This document shows, in pieces, positions 1-10,477 of a stretch of 64,000 nt of DNA. The position numbers were made by a program, and so were the translations under genes. Location of the stretch: the NCBI GenBank assembly GCA_043228905.1, contig JBHGNT010000011.1, positions 11,408,001 to 11,472,000 of the forward strand, written 5' to 3'. Each line of letters begins with the position of its first letter. Position 1 is the stretch's first letter. Origin of the DNA: Azolla caroliniana (taxonomy: Eukaryota; Plantae; Polypodiophyta). The notes beneath the pieces were generated by a model. It was not told the DNA's origin. It worked only from the letters and a program-made list of their open reading frames with translations, and ran no database searches.

Positions 1-65
1 CCTTTCCGACCTGACACACCTTCTCGCGTTCACCCCTACCGGCTCCTTCCGAAACCTCGTGTCAT

Positions 66-591
66 CGGGTCCCGTTCCCTGCCGCCACCGTCCTTCTCCC
101 TCGGTCTCACGTTGCCACGTTGGCCGAACTGCCGAAGCCTCCGGATCGGTGTGAGGGTCCCATAGGACCGGACTCCGTTTCTTTGCCTGCCGAAAGTCGG
201 GTGTCTTTTGTTTGAGTCCCTCCCGGACTCTCCTCGTGCCTTCCGCGTAGCCGGGTCCCGTTTCCCGCCGCCACCAACCTTCTCTCTCGGTCTCATGTTG
301 CCGCGTTGGCCGAACTGCCGGAGTCTCTGGTTAAGTGTGGGATCCTGTAGGACCAGACTTCCTTATGCCCATTGTCTTCGTCACCTCGCCACCACCGTCA
401 GTATCTTGGTCTTACGTCGACCGCATTGCCGACTGCCGAAGTCTCTAGAACCGGTGTGAAGGATCCTCCGTAGACCGCCCTTCCGTAGCCCTTGCCTTCG
501 TCACCTCGCCACCACCGTCAGTATCTTGGTCTTACGTCGACCGCGTTGCCGACTGCCGAAGTCTCTAGAACCGGTGTGAAGGATCCTCCGT
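66..591. repeat. Degenerate direct repeats in the element interior (~186-bp and ~120-bp periods)
   Basis: 373-471 is nearly identical to 493-591, and 66-180 resembles 253-360. The motif GAAGTCTCTAGAACCGGTGTG recurs in variant form at ~5190, ~5680 and ~5915. Confidence 0.8.
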
Positions 592-858
592 CAGCGTTCG
601 TCGCCTCCCTGACCCTGTCCCGGGTCTGTCCTTTTCCGCATGCCAAGAGGGCGGTTTACTCCGCACCCTCTCCTGTGGTACCAACGTACCGTGTCCTCGG
701 CCTCTTCGTAGGCCTGCTCTCTTCCTCCCTCCCAGAATGGTTATCCGGGAGTCCGATCCGCCCGGTTCTCGTCCGTAATCTCGACCTTCGCCCGGTCGGT
801 CTTTCTCCCCATGTAAAAGAGGGCGGCTCGTCCCACACCCCCTTCCGTATCGGCACCT

Positions 859-2313
859 TTATGCCGAGTCCGGCCTCGATCGAACGATCCACGACCGGAT
901 CACGCTCCAGCCGTATCGGAATGTTGATCGCCTCGTGCCGCGTCCACCCTCGGCCTCCTCGCAAGCCGTTTCCCATCCGTCTTCGCTGGCATCGTGCCAG
1001 GACTCCTCGGTACCGCTATCCATCTCCTCGGTCTGACATGGGCATACGGGCCCGAATGCCGAGTTCTCCGGAATCGGGTCCGTGGGCTTTCGTCCACTCC
1101 TTCCCCATATCGTCTCGTCGGTGATTCTTGGCCCTCCGCCGCCGCCTTCCTCCGCCCGGGACTCACGTGGGTACTCGGGCCCGACTGCCATCGTCTCGGG
1201 AGCAAGTGTGGGAAGACACAAAGAATCAGCCGTCCGTTTTACGCCCTTGTCAGTAGCCACCGACTCTTCGTGGTCGGCGGTTGTCTTCTTACCGATCGCG
1301 CAAGCCCCGTCTGGGCTTGCTTCTCCAATGACCGGGATCTCAGGCTGACACGCCCGAAACCGCTGGTCCCAATGTTCCGGTTCCGCGATCTGTATCTCGG
1401 CCTCGTCCTTGGCCATTCTATCTCCGCAAGTCAAGAGGGCGTTTCGTTCCGCACCCTCTCCCGTGGTACCGTCGTACACTTCTCTTTCGGCCTCCTCATC
1501 CTCCGATCGCCTCCGGCCCGACTCCATAATAAGCCCTTCTTCGGCTTCGATTTTCCCCCCTTCCTCGAGCATCGCTTTGAGCGCTGCGTACGCCTCCGCA
1601 ATCCGGGCCCCAACGCCGTCCCTTGCCGACTCTCCCTGCCGTTCGGCCTCTTCCCGCTGTGATGGCACGCCGTCGCGTACCTTCCTCTTTGCCTTCTCGG
1701 CTCGCTCGTTGTCTAGCCTTTGGCACACCCTTCCGACCCTCGACCAGTCCTCCGTAAGCCCATTCGCTCCATCATCGTCTTCGAGCTCAATCCCGATGGC
1801 TTCCCGTTCCGCTCGGTCGATCGACCTGACGAACAAAAGGACTTTTTCCACCCCCACCAAACCTTGTTCCCGCTCAGGGAGCCGAGCAAGTCGTCGCTCG
1901 AACTCCCGGAACGCCTTCGTCGCACCCCGGTGGGTCTTTGCCGATGCTACCCACTGGTCGAAGTGGTGTCGTCCCTGGCTCTTCCGCCGTCCTTCGTATG
2001 CCTTCAGGAGCGCCTCTTCGAAGGTCTCCCACGAACCACGAGCCTCACGGAGCTCCATTACTTCCGCATGCATCCGAACAGCTACGACCCGGCAGAAGAA
2101 CTCCAGCCTCAACGCCTCGTCTACGCCACGCTCTTCCATTTCCGCGTTGTAGGCTTCCAAGTAAGATGGGACTTTGTCCCCGTTGAAACAGCCGACTCTT
2201 TCGACCACTCGCCCAACCGCTTGTTGCACTGCTTCTCGCCTCATCACCACTCGTGCCGACTCCAACACCACTTCGGCCACCATCTCCGCAAGGTCGTCGT
2301 CTTCCGACTCCAT
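859..2313 (-). CDS. Gypsy-type Gag-like protein (484 aa) with acidic low-complexity C-terminus
   Basis: Starts just after the PBS. The motif CFNGDKVPSYLEAYNAEM...WETFEEALLKAY is typical of a retrotransposon capsid N-terminus. A paralog lies at ~6400-6777. Confidence 0.7.
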   Translation of the reverse strand: MESEDDDLAEMVAEVVLESARVVMRREAVQQAVGRVVERVGCFNGDKVPSYLEAYNAEMEERGVDEALRLEFFCRVVAVRMHAEVMELREARGSWETFEEALLKAYEGRRKSQGRHHFDQWVASAKTHRGATKAFREFERRLARLPEREQGLVGVEKVLLFVRSIDRAEREAIGIELEDDDGANGLTEDWSRVGRVCQRLDNERAEKAKRKVRDGVPSQREEAERQGESARDGVGARIAEAYAALKAMLEEGGKIEAEEGLIMESGRRRSEDEEAEREVYDGTTGEGAERNALLTCGDRMAKDEAEIQIAEPEHWDQRFRACQPEIPVIGEASPDGACAIGKKTTADHEESVATDKGVKRTADSLCLPTLAPETMAVGPEYPRESRAEEGGGGGPRITDETIWGRSGRKPTDPIPENSAFGPVCPCQTEEMDSGTEESWHDASEDGWETACEEAEGGRGTRRSTFRYGWSVIRSWIVRSRPDSA

Positions 2314-2328
2314 CCTCCCTTGCCGCCT

Positions 2329-2346
2329 TTCACGTCGGGTTCAACA
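2329..2346 (-). promoter_or_regulatory. Primer-binding site for tRNA-Trp
   Basis: The + strand reads TTCACGTCGGGTTCAACA versus the plant tRNA-Trp 3' end TTCACGTCGGGTTCACCA (1 mismatch), 4 nt from the LTR. Confidence 0.8.
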
Positions 2347-2350
2347 AAGA

Positions 2351-3075
2351 TGTCGCGTTGTTACGCGCATGCGTGGAGAAAGGCGGGACCACGGGGGTCT
2401 CAGACTAGGGAACGACGGAGCGTAGGAAGTCGCACTTCACCGTTTCTGGGGCACCCCTGAAACGCACCGGAAGCAACCGAAGGGAGAGAGGGAGTGAGAG
2501 AGCGTGCTTGACACCGACTCGCGCGCGCGCATGCACACACGCGCGCACACACACGCACGCACGCACGCACTCTTGTACAGGAAACGCAGGGAAGGAGGGG
2601 AGCACCCGACACCAACAAGACGCCAATATACACAGACAAACGCAAACGTATATGTATATATATATGAAGAATACACTCCCGGCTTCGAGCCGGACCAAGA
2701 TAGTTTACAACAGTCGTCTGCTGTCAAGCCGCCGTCGGGGAGCTCTCGGGCTCGTCGCGCCGAGCGGGGTCTTGCACAGGAGATAAGCTGCAGCCAACCC
2801 TAACCGAACACGAAGGGGAAGAAGAAGAAGCAGAAGAAGCAGAAGAAACCTAACCCTAAACCTACCGGTATACCCTCTAATCCAAAATGGGCAACCCTTT
2901 TTCAAAGGGCGTTCCCTCCCTTTTATAGAACAAGGAGAGGGATGCGTTACAATGTGGGACAAATCCCGACCTTCATGGGATCGTCTGTCCCGATTTGACT
3001 ACTCTTCGGCGCCATAAAGGCGCCATAAAGCCAATGTTTCCCGGTTTTCGCCTATGGCCGAAATTCTTCACGACA
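2351..3075 (-). repeat. 5' LTR (725 bp)
   Basis: TG...CA ends, adjacent PBS, homolog at 27240-28009. Confidence 0.9.
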
Positions 3076-3512
3076 GCGCTAGAGGGGACGAAGTGTTGTC
3101 GGACTGGGACCGAGCTCTTCTTCTCTGTCGTTCTCCATAGCTTTCTTTTGCGCAGGTTCTCGAGAGGCTGATTCTGCTCCGTCGAACGCCCGTGTGCTTC
3201 CGGAAGAATCTCCATCTTGCTCCCCTGTGTGCGTGGGTGATCAGGTGTCGGCATCCATCTCGCCAACCTGATCGGCTGTAACCGTTCGAGTCCTCTGCAT
3301 ACATACATATATTCATATACATACACTAGTGTTCTCATACTCTATCTCCTGCTCAACTTGTGTCTCCTGTGTTGTTGGGCCGCGTTCCCGTACGCTTCTT
3401 TGTCTATACATGTGTGAGCGTGTCTCTCTCTCTCCCTTTTCTCACCTATTCCTCGGTCCAAGACCCCAATGGTCCCGCCTTGTTCTCCACGCACGCGCGT
3501 AACAACGCGACA
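3076..3512 (+). repeat. 3' portion of a related LTR (ends GCGTAACAACGCGACA); interrupted by the element at 1-3075 and itself inserted in the LTR at 3513
   Basis: Shares its terminal ~55 bp with the 27240-28009 LTR end. The sequence at 3513 resumes ~75 bp into the 6796-7511 LTR. Confidence 0.75.
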
Positions 3513-6500
3513 AAGGGTATGAGCAAAGTGGAAGAGATTAACATGGTAGAGAAAGTAGAAAGAGACAAGATTTATGAAGTTATGTATATTATGGACATGA
3601 AAGCCGCAATGCGATTACAACCGTGGCCGTGTGGGCCGGACTCAAACATAAGTAGAATGTAAACCCTAATCAGATAAGTAAAGAAAGAGATGAAGAATCC
3701 TGAGAAGAAACCCTAAACTAAATAGAAACCCTCGACCTAAGTGGTATACCTCTTCTCACTCAAAATAGGCAACCCCTTCAATGGTGCCCCTTCCTCTCCT
3801 TTTATAGCATAAGGATAGAAAGCCGCTACAAAAAGTAGAGACTAAATATCCCCTTTATTCAATGGGGATATTTGCTTAGATTCTAGGAGGAGGGATTGAT
3901 GGGGCCTCAGCTCCCACTCCTCACACATACTACTATGCCCATTACCCACCTTGTACTCTACAAAGTGCACATCACATTTATGCCTCTACGAACTTCATGG
4001 TGCACCTTTAGCACCTTAGATTATTACCCTTCCCATTACATTTTATTTATTTATTCTTATTACACAAATTTACAAGTGCATGTGCAATGTTGCACATCCC
4101 CATTTTATTTGTCCCTCCTGGTTTTCTCACTGTAGCCGGAAATCTTCACGACATCCGCCCCCACCAAACCGCACATCCACCGATATGTGCCAAGAGGGAA
4201 AAGGTGAGAGATTTTGGCGATGGTACCGGGTCCTCCGCCGTCCTGGTACCCGACCGCCTTGCTAGCCCCAATCCATTGGCTCCATCCGATCCACCAAGAC
4301 CACTGCGTGTCCCCGAACCACCGACTCCATCCGATCCGTCATATCTGACGTTTGCGCCTTCCTCCCCGATTGGTCCTCCCGGACGTCGTTGTCGACCCGG
4401 CCACTCCGACTTTGTCCGCCATGTATGCCCTTCGATTGGGCCCCCGGTCACTTCGGTTGTACGCCGGATTCTGCGCCTTGCGTGCCGCGTATGTCCCTCC
4501 GCTGGTTCGATCGTCTCCACATCCCGGACACCTCCACGTGCCGACTCTCTCTGCTCCGCGCTCGCCTTTCGTAGGCTCTTCTCGTGTGCCGTTATCGTTC
4601 CCCGAATGCGCACTCATTCTTCGGTCCTTGGAGACCCCATTACACACTCCTCGCTTCCCCCTTGCTTGGCGTGCTCTCTAGTCGTGAGCGTACCATCATA
4701 CCGACCTCCGTGTTGGTGTCCTTTGCAACTCTTGTTACCGCTTCGCCTCAACTTGTGCCCTCTTGGCCTCGCATGTCCTCCGGGATGCCACGCTTTCTCT
4801 TCCCAGCGTGTACCCTTTTGTTCTCCGCACCCCATCCTTCTCTCCCGCCGTTCATCCACCGATCACGGCACCTTACCGCTCTGGCGTGCTTGCCTCTCAA
4901 AGGCTCGACCGGCCCGCCGTTGTCGGTCACTTGTTGCCGCTCTTCCAGGTGCATGTTAGCTTCCTTGCCCTTCGCTGGCCATAGTGCATGCTCCGTTTTA
5001 TGCCCTTCACTCGCCGTAGACCCGACCTCCGCGTCGGCCTCTTCTCCCTTTGTTGTCGTAGCCCGTTCCGACTCGGGCTTGCCGTCTTGGCCCCGCTGGT
5101 CCATTATTTCATACCAGATACCCGCTCCGGTAACCAACTCCTCGCCACCACCTGTCGTCTCTCCGGCCTTATGTTGATCTGCAACCGCCGAAGTCTCTAG
5201 AATAGGTGTGGATTGTCCCGCCCGTTTCCGGTCTTTCATGGAACCATAGTCGTCATGCCCGCTTGGCCTCCTTCTCACGCTCACCAGCTCCCACCATGTG
5301 TTGCAACTCGTCCTCCCCAATCTCCAATTGTGCTAGCTTGGTCCTTGCCTGGTTCGGTCCCGACCGATCATGTTCCGGTTTGGTCGGCTTCCTTCCATAA
5401 TTGTAACCGGTCGGTAAGGGTTTGGCCGAACACTTCCGGTCTTGCTGGCTCTTCTTCGGTTCGAGCCCGGTTGATTGGCCCCCGCTTCAATCTTTTCCTG
5501 GTTCGCCTTCTAGTCAGGTCGATTCCCGACTCTCTCCTTGTTGCCGCTCTCAGCCTACCCTTCGGTCCTTTCGTATATGCCCGTTCCGGGCCTCGCATCC
5601 TCCTCTTCGTTTCGCTCACCCACCTTGCCGCTACCACCGTCCGTCACTCTAGGTCTCATACTGGCTCTCGGGCCAGATGCCGGAGTCTCTAGAACCGGTG
5701 TGGGTAAGATCCCGGCACCGCCACTCATTATGTCCGTAGCCACCTCCATCCGGACATTGTTGTTCGTGGCTACCTCGTCTCCGATCACGGAAGCCTCGAT
5801 TACGCTTGTCGTGTCCTCTTCCTCGATCTCCTTGCCGTCGTTTTGGTTGCCCGCCTTGCCGCCACCACCGTTCATCACTCTAGGTCTCACACCGGCTCTC
5901 GGGTCGGACATCGGAGTCTCTAGAATCGGTGTGGGTAAGGTCCCGACACCAACGCTTGTCTCCTCCCCGCTTGATGTTTCGGCCACCGCGTCCCGAATCC
6001 TCCGCCCACTCTCGAAGTGGCGCTCCCCGCTCCTTAGTCACCGGCCTCATCCATGGCCATCCATTCATCGCAAGATGAGAGGGTCGCTTGCTCCGCACCC
6101 TCTCCCACGTCACCGTCGTACGCTCTTCCGGCCTCCACATAGGCCCCGTCCTCCATGCATAGGGAGGCTTCTTCCTCCGCATCCTTCGATTGTCTCCGGC
6201 CCATCTCCATAGTAGACCCTTCTTCGACTTCGATTTGTCCCTTCACGATCTCGTACGCTTCCCGTACCAAGGTTTCGATGTTGAGCTTCACCGAACCATT
6301 CCGCGGTGAGCTTTCCTCCATTGGTGGTGACGCGTAGTCACTCACCATCCTCCTTTCGCCGCCACTTGCGGGCCGTGTTGCGGACGACCGCATCTCTTCG
6401 TGTCATCGGCATACCCTCTCTACCTCGCTCCAATCCTCGGTGAGGCCGTACGCCCCTTCATCATCTTCGAGTTCAGATAAAATGGCCATTCTCCCCTTTT

Positions 6501-7511
6501 CATCGACCGACTTTAGAAATAGTAGGACCTTGTCTGCCCCCACCGATCTTCAATCCCGGTCTGAGAGTTGAGTAAAACGATGCTCGAACTCTGGGAATGC
6601 TTTCATTGCGCTCTGAGGAGCCTTCACCAATGCTATCCATAGACCGAACTCGTGTCGATCATACTCGTATGCCTCGTCCCGTCTTTCTCTTTGCCTTGCA
6701 AAATCCCTCACCATCCTCGTCATTACCTCCGTGATGTCTTCCTCTTCCATCCTCTTTCTCCCTTGCCGCCTATTCACGTTGGGTTCACCAAATTATGTCA
6801 CGTATTTCAACGCGTGCGTGTAGAATAAGGCGGGACCACAGGGGCCTCAGACTATGGAGTAGATGGGAAGATGGGTATGAGCAAAGTGGAAGAGATTAAC
6901 ACGGTAGGGAAAGTAGAAAGAGACAAGATTTATGAAGTTATGTATATTATGGGCATGAAAGCCGCAATGCGATTACAACCGCAGCCGCGTGGGCCGGACT
7001 CAAACATAAGTAGAATGTAAACCCTAATCGGATAAGTAAAGAAAGAGATGAAGAATCCCTAGAAGAAACCCTAAACCGAATAGAAACCCTCGACTTAAGT
7101 GGTATACCTCTTCTCACTCAAAATGGGCAACCCCTTCAATGGTGCCCCTTCCTCTCCTTTTATAGCATAAGGAGAGAAAGTCATTACAAAAAGGAGAGAC
7201 TAAATATCCCCTTTATTCAATGGGGATATTTGTTTAGATTCTAGGAGGAGGGATTGATGCGGCCTCAGCTCTCACTCCTCACACATACTACTATGCCCAT
7301 TACTCACCTCGTACTCTACAAAGTGCACATCACATTTATGCCTCTACGAACTTTGTGGTGCAGCTTTAGCACCTTAGATTATTACCCTTCCCATTACATT
7401 TTGTTTACTAATTCTTATTACACAAATTTACAAGTGCATGTGCAACGTTGCACATCCCCATCGTATTTGTCCCTCCCGGTTTTCTCACATTAGCCGGAAA
7501 TCTTCATGACA
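3513..7511 (-). mobile_element. Second gag-only LTR element (LTRs 3513-4153 partial and 6796-7511)
   Basis: Two highly similar LTRs, tRNA-Trp PBS at 6773-6790 (TTCACGTTGGGTTCACCA), PPT-like tract at 4154-4168, and a decayed, internally deleted gag at ~6400-6777. No pol. Confidence 0.85.
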
Positions 7512-8627
7512 GCAACCCCACGCCTTGATAGCCCTCTCTAAAAATCCCCTCGGCTATCGCCGCCGAGGGTCTCGTAGTTACGCTCATGGTTCGGTCGCAT
7601 TGTCAGAAATTGGATGGAGTGTCGCCCATCTTGGCTCTTCACGCGTGCATATGCCAGGCCACTACGCCACTCAATGCCCAACCAAGAATTGAGGTAAAGC
7701 ACCAGCCGTGAACATGATTATGGGCGATGTCCAACAAGTTACCACCTGAATTCAGGCCCAACAGTCGTAATGGGAGATTCAGGATGAGGTCCGCCAAACC
7801 GTGAAGACATAGATTGAAGCAGCAAATCAAGCGAACATTGATCAGATGCACACCGAAATGCAAGAGATCAATCCCAGTCCCTCACAACCTCCTCCTCCTA
7901 TTAAACAAACCAACAATGACCCGGTCTGGCAAGCTCTCACCAGCTGCCAAATCTCCATGCCCTTGCATAAACTAATGCAGCTACTTCCGCACTTCAAGGA
8001 CACAATCCAATCTCTCATCACCAGTCACGCGCCCACTATCTTCCTCGTAAATCTCACGGCGTCGAAACCCATACCTCCACTAATGGATTCCTAGAATCCA
8101 ACAGTCAAACTTGTCATAAAAGGCTGCGATGTCCATGGGTGCATTATCGACGGTGGATCAGGCGTTAATGCTATCAGTGAGGCAACATGCCATGACTTGG
8201 GCATCACTCAATGGGAGCCATGTCCATTTTGGCTTCGAATGGCGGATACACGATCTGTTCGACTGATGGGCTAATCCGCAAGCTTGATTTTATCATCGGT
8301 GGGCATACCTTCACCGTGTCCGCAGTGGTATTATGACACGATGCTCCGAGTGCTTATCCGTTGTTACGTGGACATTCATGGCAGCGCAACATGATCTCTT
8401 TCCGCAGGGGGAAAACCAAAGTTCGGGTCATCACGGAAGAGCGAATCACAACGCCTCCTGACACTAGCCCGTTGTATGCAGAAGGAGTCCATATGCTCAA
8501 CGGTCTCGTGGACGACGAGATGGAATCCTGTTTGGATGAACACCCCACGATCGTCCCCCTCTTCGAAATCGACGTTCTCACAGCCATAGAACCATACCTA
8601 CCCAAACCCACCACGACCGACCAGGAA

Positions 8628-8886
8628 TGTTACGGGCATGACCATATAATATCCCGTGGTGAGAATTTACCGTAGTATTCTATACACGTGGATAAGTGTG
8701 AGGGTTAAACGAGAGTGTAAAGAAGGGGAGGATTACTTTTAATCCTCGGGATTGAGACAACCCATTAGGCCAAGTGTGAACTTTCTTGGGGGCCTTGGGT
8801 TTCGATACAAGAGTTGACCCACCACAAGAACAGAGTCTCGACGTAGTCAAGAGATCATGAAATGAGGGTAGCTAGGCCTCGTTACA
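8628..8886 (+). mobile_element. 259-bp solo LTR related to the LTR at 48450
   Basis: TG...CA ends and a perfect 5-bp TSD AGGAA (8623-8627 / 8887-8891). The first ~170 bp match 48450 onward. Confidence 0.85.
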
Positions 8887-10033
8887 AGGAAGCTCCATGC
8901 GAACTAGACCCAGAATCTATCAACGAGCTACAACACGCCCGTGATGCGCTTGATCGTGAATTAACAATCTCTCAGCGGGTCAAGGCCTTGACACTAGAGG
9001 AAGTTAATCTCGGTTCTTCTACTGAGCCTCGGACACTTAAAATTGCAAAGAATCTTGCGTCTGAAGAACGATCAGCTCTGCTAGGGTTGATGACCGAATA
9101 TCAAGATGTGTTCACGTGGTCATATAGAGATAGCACCAATACTACCAACACCAGATCAACCTCCAAAAGGATGCACGACCGGTACAACAACATCGCTACC
9201 GGATGAACCTGAATTACACGCCAAAAGTAAAAGAGGAAATCGACAAACTCCCACGGGTGGGGTTCATTCCACTGGTCAAGAGGGCAACCTAGTTAAGGCC
9301 TATTGTAGTCTTTCCGAAAAAGAATAGGCAAATCCAAGTGTGCATCAACTACCATAAACTAAACACGACCACTATCACGGATGCATTCCCGCTTCCATTC
9401 ACGAACGGCATCCTGGACACGGTCGCAGGGCATGATTGCTATAACTTTTTAGATGGATTTAGTGGCCACAATCAGATCCGAATGCACCTTAACAACCAAA
9501 AGAAGACGGCTTTCGTGACCGAATGGGGTGTGTTCGTTGCACTCATAATGATGTTCGGCTTGAAAATGGCACCGGCCACTTTCCAATGCATCATTGCCGA
9601 AATTTTCGAGGAATATATTCCAGGGTTGATGCAAGTCTTCCTCGATGATTTTGCCATGTACGGACAACAAATCAAGCACCTCAGACATCTCCACCTGTGC
9701 CTTCAACAATGCTGACACACACGGCTCAGCTTAAACCCGACCAAATGTGCTTTCTACGCAACTAGTGGCGCCTTGCTTGGTCACATTGTCAGTCGCGACG
9801 GTATAGCCATGGATCCCGACAAAGTGCATGCTATACTGAATGCCCCGGCTCCAACCACGGTGAAAGCTCTTAGCCAATTCTTGGGACAGATTTGGTGGCA
9901 TAGTCGCATGCTACGCTACCTGGGCGACTTCGCAACACCGTCGCATGTCGCGGTACATACAATTCCATTCCGATGGACAGATTGAGAGGACAAAGCTTAT
10001 CGTTCCCTCAAAGTGATGCTCTCTCACACCCCA

Positions 10034-10477
10034 TGTCAGGAGCAGTACTAAGACAGAGAAGTATTGTCAGGAACAGTACTAAAACAGAGAAGGAATTAGT
10101 ACTAAAAGATGAGGATTAGTACTAAGGGAGGTGTAGAACTCTCGAGAGAAGGAAAGAGTGAGAGAGAGAGAGAGAGAGAATGAGGATAACAAAAGATATA
10201 TATTATTTTAAGGGAATATACAATAGTAGCTAGGAGGCTTAAGACTGGCGCTGAACCGATTTGGTTTGAAATAATGCCTTGTGCCTCCTTTTATAGTGTT
10301 CTCTAGAGTACTCTTGAAGTTTCTAGAATGTTCCAAAGAAATCTGGAATATACATCAATTTTCTATAGTAAAACTTAAATGAAAATAATATCCTTCGTAT
10401 CAACATATAGTCTAATGGTCAAGAGTTCGACCAATGTAACATAAGGTCATGGGTTCGAGTCTTGCCATATCATGACA
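10034..10477 (-). mobile_element. 444-bp solo LTR with tRNA-like module
   Basis: TGTCA...TGACA ends and TSD CCCCA (10029-10033 / 10478-10482). It splits the host RNaseH. TATAAAAAGG lies on the minus strand. Confidence 0.9.

Larger units (their letters stand above)
1..3075 (-). mobile_element. Gag-only (non-autonomous) LTR retrotransposon, 5' part; runs off the left edge
   Basis: LTR 2351-3075 (TGTCGCG...CACGACA) is the reverse complement of the solo LTR at 27240-28009. A tRNA-Trp PBS at 2329-2346 is followed by the gag-like ORF 859-2313. Confidence 0.85.

Noticed and set aside
4087-6212. Long plus-strand ORFs (290, 197, 224 aa)
   Set aside because: Low-complexity antisense frames of a GC-rich retroelement interior with no domain motifs.
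8700-8775. tRNA-like module in the 8628/48450 LTR family (minus-strand TGGCCTAATGG)
   Set aside because: A-box-like only; no convincing B-box at tRNA spacing.
10401-10475. Functional tRNA gene
   Set aside because: The acceptor and anticodon stems do not pair; reported only as a tRNA-like module.
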